DNA of 64,000 nt from Blastocladiella emersonii ATCC 22665 (lineage: Eukaryota > Fungi > Blastocladiomycota). Where the stretch lies: assembly GCA_025594325.1 (NCBI GenBank), contig JANHCV010000006.1, positions 1,116,001-1,180,000 on the forward strand, in the 5' to 3' direction. Both the position numbers and the translations under genes were made by a program. Shown piece by piece: positions 59,936 to 64,000 of the stretch (the stretch's first letter is position 1; every line of letters begins with the position of its first letter). The notes beneath the pieces were generated by a model, which searched no databases, was not told the DNA's origin, and saw nothing but the letters and a program-made list of their open reading frames with translations.

Positions 59936-61470
59936 CTAGTTGCGCGACGGGCGGCCGCGGCGCCGGCCGTACGTCTTGGGCGGTGCGGGCGGGGGTGGTG
60001 GTGGCGCAGCCTTGGGCAGGTCCCAGACCGACGACGCCGCGGGTGGTGGTGACGAGGGCGGCTCCTGCTTGACCATGGCTACTGCTGCAGCGACCGCGCT
60101 GCTCCTCGTTGCGCGCCGACCCGGCGGTAGTGGCGGCGGAAGCCGCAGCGGCGACGGCGGGCCAGCGGCATCGTCGTCGTCGTCCTCGTCGGCGTCGAGC
60201 AGGTGGTCAAAGTACGACTCGCCGGCCGGCGGAGACTCGGCCGGCCCGCGGCGCAGCTCGACCTCAATCTCCTCCTCGTCGTCCGTGTCTTCGACCACGA
60301 CTTGCTCCGCGGGACGCGCGACCGGCGGCAGCGGGGAAAGTGGTGGCGGCGGCGGCGACTCGTGCATCTCGCCGAGCGACTCGAGCGTCGGCGCGCGCGA
60401 CAACGACGACCGGCGGCGGAACGACTCCTTTACGACGACCACGGTGCGTCCTGCGGCGCGGCCCGGGGACGGCACGGGCGTCGCCGGGCTGGACGCGGCG
60501 GCGCCGTTGCCGAAGGTCTCGATCCCGTCCATGGCGTCGGGATCCTCGCCGTCGCCCTCCGCGTCGGCGTCGCGGCCGAGATCGAGTGCCTCGACGTCCA
60601 GGCTAAGGCTGTCGCGCATCTCCTCCCACGACGCGAGCGCGTTGGACTCGATGTTGTCGGCGAGGTGGCGCAGGTGCGTGACGATGGACGAGAAGATCTG
60701 GGTCGTCATGCCCGACATGGCCTAATAACACCGCGCGTGCGCACGTATAGGTGAGCGCACCGCTCGCAAGCACACCTCGAGCCCGCGAAAAAACGTACCG
60801 CCATCTCGCGCATGCGGCGGGCCTGCACCCGCTGCCGCGCCTCCATGTCGCGTCGCGCGCGCTCGGCCGCGTCGGCGCGGGCCGCGAGCTCCTCGGCGCG
60901 CACCATGAGGGCGTTGCGCTCGGCCTCGCCGTCGAGGGCGTCGGCGCGCGCGGCCTCGAGGTGGTCGCGGTACTGGCGCAGCCGCAGCGCGAGCTGAGTG
61001 TTCTGGCGCACGAGCGCCGCGTTCTTGTACCGCAGCGCGAGCGTGACCGCGTCCTGCGACCGCCGCGACCCGCTGCGCTTGGTGCGGCTGGTGGCCGACT
61101 TGGACGAGCCCGCCGACGACGCCGACGAGTGCGACCGCGTCACCGAGTGTCGGCGTCCGTGGTGGTGGTGGTGCGCGTCGGTGGCGGCGTACGAGGCCGG
61201 TGGCGGCGGCGGAGCGTCGCGGTGGTGGTGACCGGAGCGAGTCGACGTGTGCGCGGGCGGCGGTGCGATGACGGCGCGCGAGCTCGAGGACGACGAGGAG
61301 GAGGACGACGCCGACAGCGACCAGTGTCTCGCCGCCGCGAGGTGCGGCGCGGCAGGGGCGGCGGAGCGCGGTACGTGCGCCAGCGTGGCGATGGTTGGCG
61401 AGGTAGCAGGGCGTCGATGCGTGCGTGCGAGGGCTGACGGCGCGATTCGTCGGCACGGCGTGTGTAGCAA
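59936..61470 (-). CDS. Hypothetical nuclear protein: N-terminal coiled coil, acidic/S-rich middle, C-terminal KTYGRR plus AT-hook-like RRRGRP; intron 60722-60798; start uncertain
   Basis: GCG|GTACGT..ATTAG|GCC joins ORF 60706-61470 to ORF 59936-60718 in frame; RYKNAALVRQNTQLALRL heptads; VKQE SUMO-type motif. Confidence 0.65.
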
Positions 61471-62603
61471 ACGTCGAGATGCACGCGCTGCGTTGCAGGA
61501 GCGCCGATCGCGCTGCTCACGGCGGCCACCCGAGCCGCGGTCTCACGGCCATCACGGCGGCCACCCAGCCCCAGGTGTCTCGCACGCGTCACGGGCCGTG
61601 TCCGCTGTGCGTCACCGTGACGGCACGCGTGTCCGCGCTCCCATCGTGCGCCGCGCGCGTCGTGCGCAGCAGCGGCCGCCGGTCACCGGTCACCGCCGCC
61701 GCGGCCCGCGCGATCGTCTCCCACGGCGACCGCGGCGTTGTTGCCCATCCCTTGCTGTCCGCCGCGCCCTGCCACAGTGGCACCGCGCCCGTGGGAAGCC
61801 CGCGCCCTTGCCTATCCGGGTACTGCGATGCTCGGTGATGCGAGGTGATCACGCTCGCGCTGACTGACGCGACAGCGCTCCGGCCGCGGTGTTTGTCGAC
61901 GGCCGCGGCCGCGCGTTCAGCAGCGCTGCACACACGGCCGCCGCCAACGTTCTTCCCTCCGTTCGCCCGCTCACCCGCCACGCCGGCCTGCGCACGGCGC
62001 CCTTTGCTCGCCCTCGCAAACGATCGCCGCCCACGCGCTCGGGCACCCTCCGCGTACGCGCACGGCCGCCGACCACGCGACGCGACGCGGACCCGCTCGG
62101 CGCCGATCGCTGTGCTTGTTGCCCACCTTGCTGTTCCCACCTCGCCCCGCCGCGGCTCGCGCGTTCTTCCGGCCCTGCGCTCGCACTCTCCTCTCGCCCT
62201 CCCCAAGACGCCTGCTCCCCCGCCCCTTGCTCCCTTCCTGACGCGGCCCTGCGCCCTGAGGACCCGATTGCTTCGCGCACACCTCCCTCTCCCCTCCCAC
62301 TCAGCCCGCTCGACCGCTGCTACCTCGCCGTCGCGGTCATCCTCTGCGCCTCTCTCCATCCGCTTGCGCTTGCGAACCCGGCCCGCGGACGCGCCGCGCG
62401 TCCGACCGACCCTTGCGTCTCTTGCGCGTCTGCGTACCCTCCCTCCCCTCCTCGCCGCCCTCTCGTGTACGTACTTCTCGCTCGCACGCGTCCGATGCAT
62501 CGCTCTGACTCGACGCGTCCCTCCACGTAGCCAAGACACCCATCGGCCACCGCGCGACCGGCCGTCGCGCGACCCCTCGACTCCCACCCACCTCGACGTA
62601 GCC

Positions 62604-64000
62604 ATGGCCGCCTTCAACGCCAACGGCTTCGACCTCTCCGCCCACTGGGACCGGGGAACCGCGCCGCTGCCGCTTTCGGCCGGCACCGACCGCCGCACGC
62701 CGTACCACCAGCACGCGGTCCCTCCCCCGATCCCCACGCCGGCCCCGACGCCCACCCTGCACCTCTCGCCCGCCGCCCCGCTCGCGTTCCACCACCGCCA
62801 GCAGCAGCACCAGCACCAGCCGCCGCCGCCGCGCCTCCACGCCACGCCGCACCTGCGCCAGCTCCACCACATGGCCGCCGCCGCCATGGTCGCGCCGTAC
62901 CCGATCCCGCTGCACGACGCGTCGCGCCCGATCCACCTGACCACGCCAGCGGCCATGGCGGCTCGCAGCCGCGCCCAGCAGGCCATTGCGGCCGCCATCA
63001 TCGCTGCAGCCGTCGACGCCGCCGCCGAGGCCGACTACATGCTGCCGATCCCGCTCCAGCTACAGCAGCCGCCGCCGCGCCAGTTCTTCGCGCCCGCCGA
63101 CCCGCACACTCTCGGCTGCGTCACCTCGGCACCCACCAACTTCCGGTTCCACATGTCGCCCGTGCCGACGTCCACCTTCGACGCGCTCCCCGACGCGTTC
63201 CAGCCCGCGCTCGCGCCACCGCCGCCTCCGCCGCCGCCGTCGCGGCAACCGAGCGGCGGCGGCATGATCTGGCCCGCGCTCCTGTCGCCGCCGATCCTGT
63301 CGCCCGACGCCACGACCATCGGGTCGCCGCTGTCGTCCCGGCTCGGCGTCGCGTGCGGGAACGGGAGCGGTGGCGGTGGGAGCTGTGCCGGCGACGGGTT
63401 CCTGTCCGACGCCATGGGCCTCCCGCTCAGCGCCGGCCCGTCGGCCGCCGACTCGGGCCTGCCGTGCTCGCCCAACGTGTGGCTGCCCCAGATCACCATC
63501 AACCCGAACGTGAACGTGTTCTCGAGCTCGGATCCCGCCAGCACCGCGTCGGCCATGCCCACCGCGCTCGACGCGTTCGATGCCGTGTCGAGCCCGATGC
63601 ACCACCTCCACCGCCGCCCGTCGTTCCTCCTCGACTCGGACCCGTGCTCGGTCGACGAGGACATGCCCGTCGATTTCGGGTCCGTGGTCGAGGACTGGCC
63701 GCCCGCTACGCTGCTCGGCATGTCGCCCGACCTTCGCAGTGGTGCGGCGCGTGGCGCGAGCGCAGTCGGCCTCGCTGCGCCCGCTGCGGACCCGGACCCC
63801 GACGTCGTCTCTCACCCGGCCGGGTTCGACCCGTCGGACGAGCCCGTCGGTCTCGGTATCATGTTTGGCGAGACCCGGTGCGAGGACGCGCCCCGCGATC
63901 CGCTCGGCCGGTGCTCGCCACGTCGACCTCGACTCGACGCGCCGCGGCACGAGCACGAGCACGACCACGACGACTCGGCCATGCACGTCGACGAGCCTAT
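62604..64000 (+). CDS. Partial low-complexity protein (probable transcription-factor N-terminus), running off the window end
   Basis: ATG 62604 in GCCATGG context; open frame MAAFNANGFDL...HEHEHDHDDSAMHVDEP to the end; contains PQITIN; intron-like segments in the upstream leader (62468-62530). Confidence 0.7.
   Translation, partial: MAAFNANGFDLSAHWDRGTAPLPLSAGTDRRTPYHQHAVPPPIPTPAPTPTLHLSPAAPLAFHHRQQQHQHQPPPPRLHATPHLRQLHHMAAAAMVAPYPIPLHDASRPIHLTTPAAMAARSRAQQAIAAAIIAAAVDAAAEADYMLPIPLQLQQPPPRQFFAPADPHTLGCVTSAPTNFRFHMSPVPTSTFDALPDAFQPALAPPPPPPPPSRQPSGGGMIWPALLSPPILSPDATTIGSPLSSRLGVACGNGSGGGGSCAGDGFLSDAMGLPLSAGPSAADSGLPCSPNVWLPQITINPNVNVFSSSDPASTASAMPTALDAFDAVSSPMHHLHRRPSFLLDSDPCSVDEDMPVDFGSVVEDWPPATLLGMSPDLRSGAARGASAVGLAAPAADPDPDVVSHPAGFDPSDEPVGLGIMFGETRCEDAPRDPLGRCSPRRPRLDAPRHEHEHDHDDSAMHVDEP

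Overview
High-GC, intron-containing eukaryotic DNA. A fungal Zn(II)2Cys6 factor, a MEF2-type MADS factor, an LRR-IQ protein and a CHASE sensor together suggest a zoosporic early-diverging fungus such as a blastocladiomycete; this is inference. Introns are mostly about 58-83 nt with GTACGY-type donors, CTAAC/CTGAC/CTCAC branch sites and YAG acceptors, so most gene models were hand-spliced from the ORF track. About 20 genes or gene remnants are present; no rRNA, tRNA, CRISPR array or recognisable transposon was seen. Conventional genes: MADS TF, Las1, an NBR1-like ZZ/FW autophagy receptor, an FAD monooxygenase, a PhoD-type phosphatase (5' part not found), an F-box-like ORF, a Zn2Cys6 TF and an LRR-IQ protein. 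The main highlights are: (1) a five-member tandem array (5.4-19.2 kb) of proteins that look like both 6-TM anchors of a membrane adenylyl/guanylyl cyclase with both catalytic domains absent, showing precise intron loss and graded decay; (2) a catalytically dead metacaspase (His->Lys, Cys->Ser) fused to two ~240-aa units of DxDxDG calcium-binding-type repeats; (3) a TM-CHASE-TM-PAS receptor whose histidine-kinase module is degenerate and lacks a receiver; (4) a tandem pair with an uncharacterised putative HTH motif split by a ~660-nt intron carrying conserved blocks and a palindrome. All domain calls come from motif reading by eye and need profile searches.
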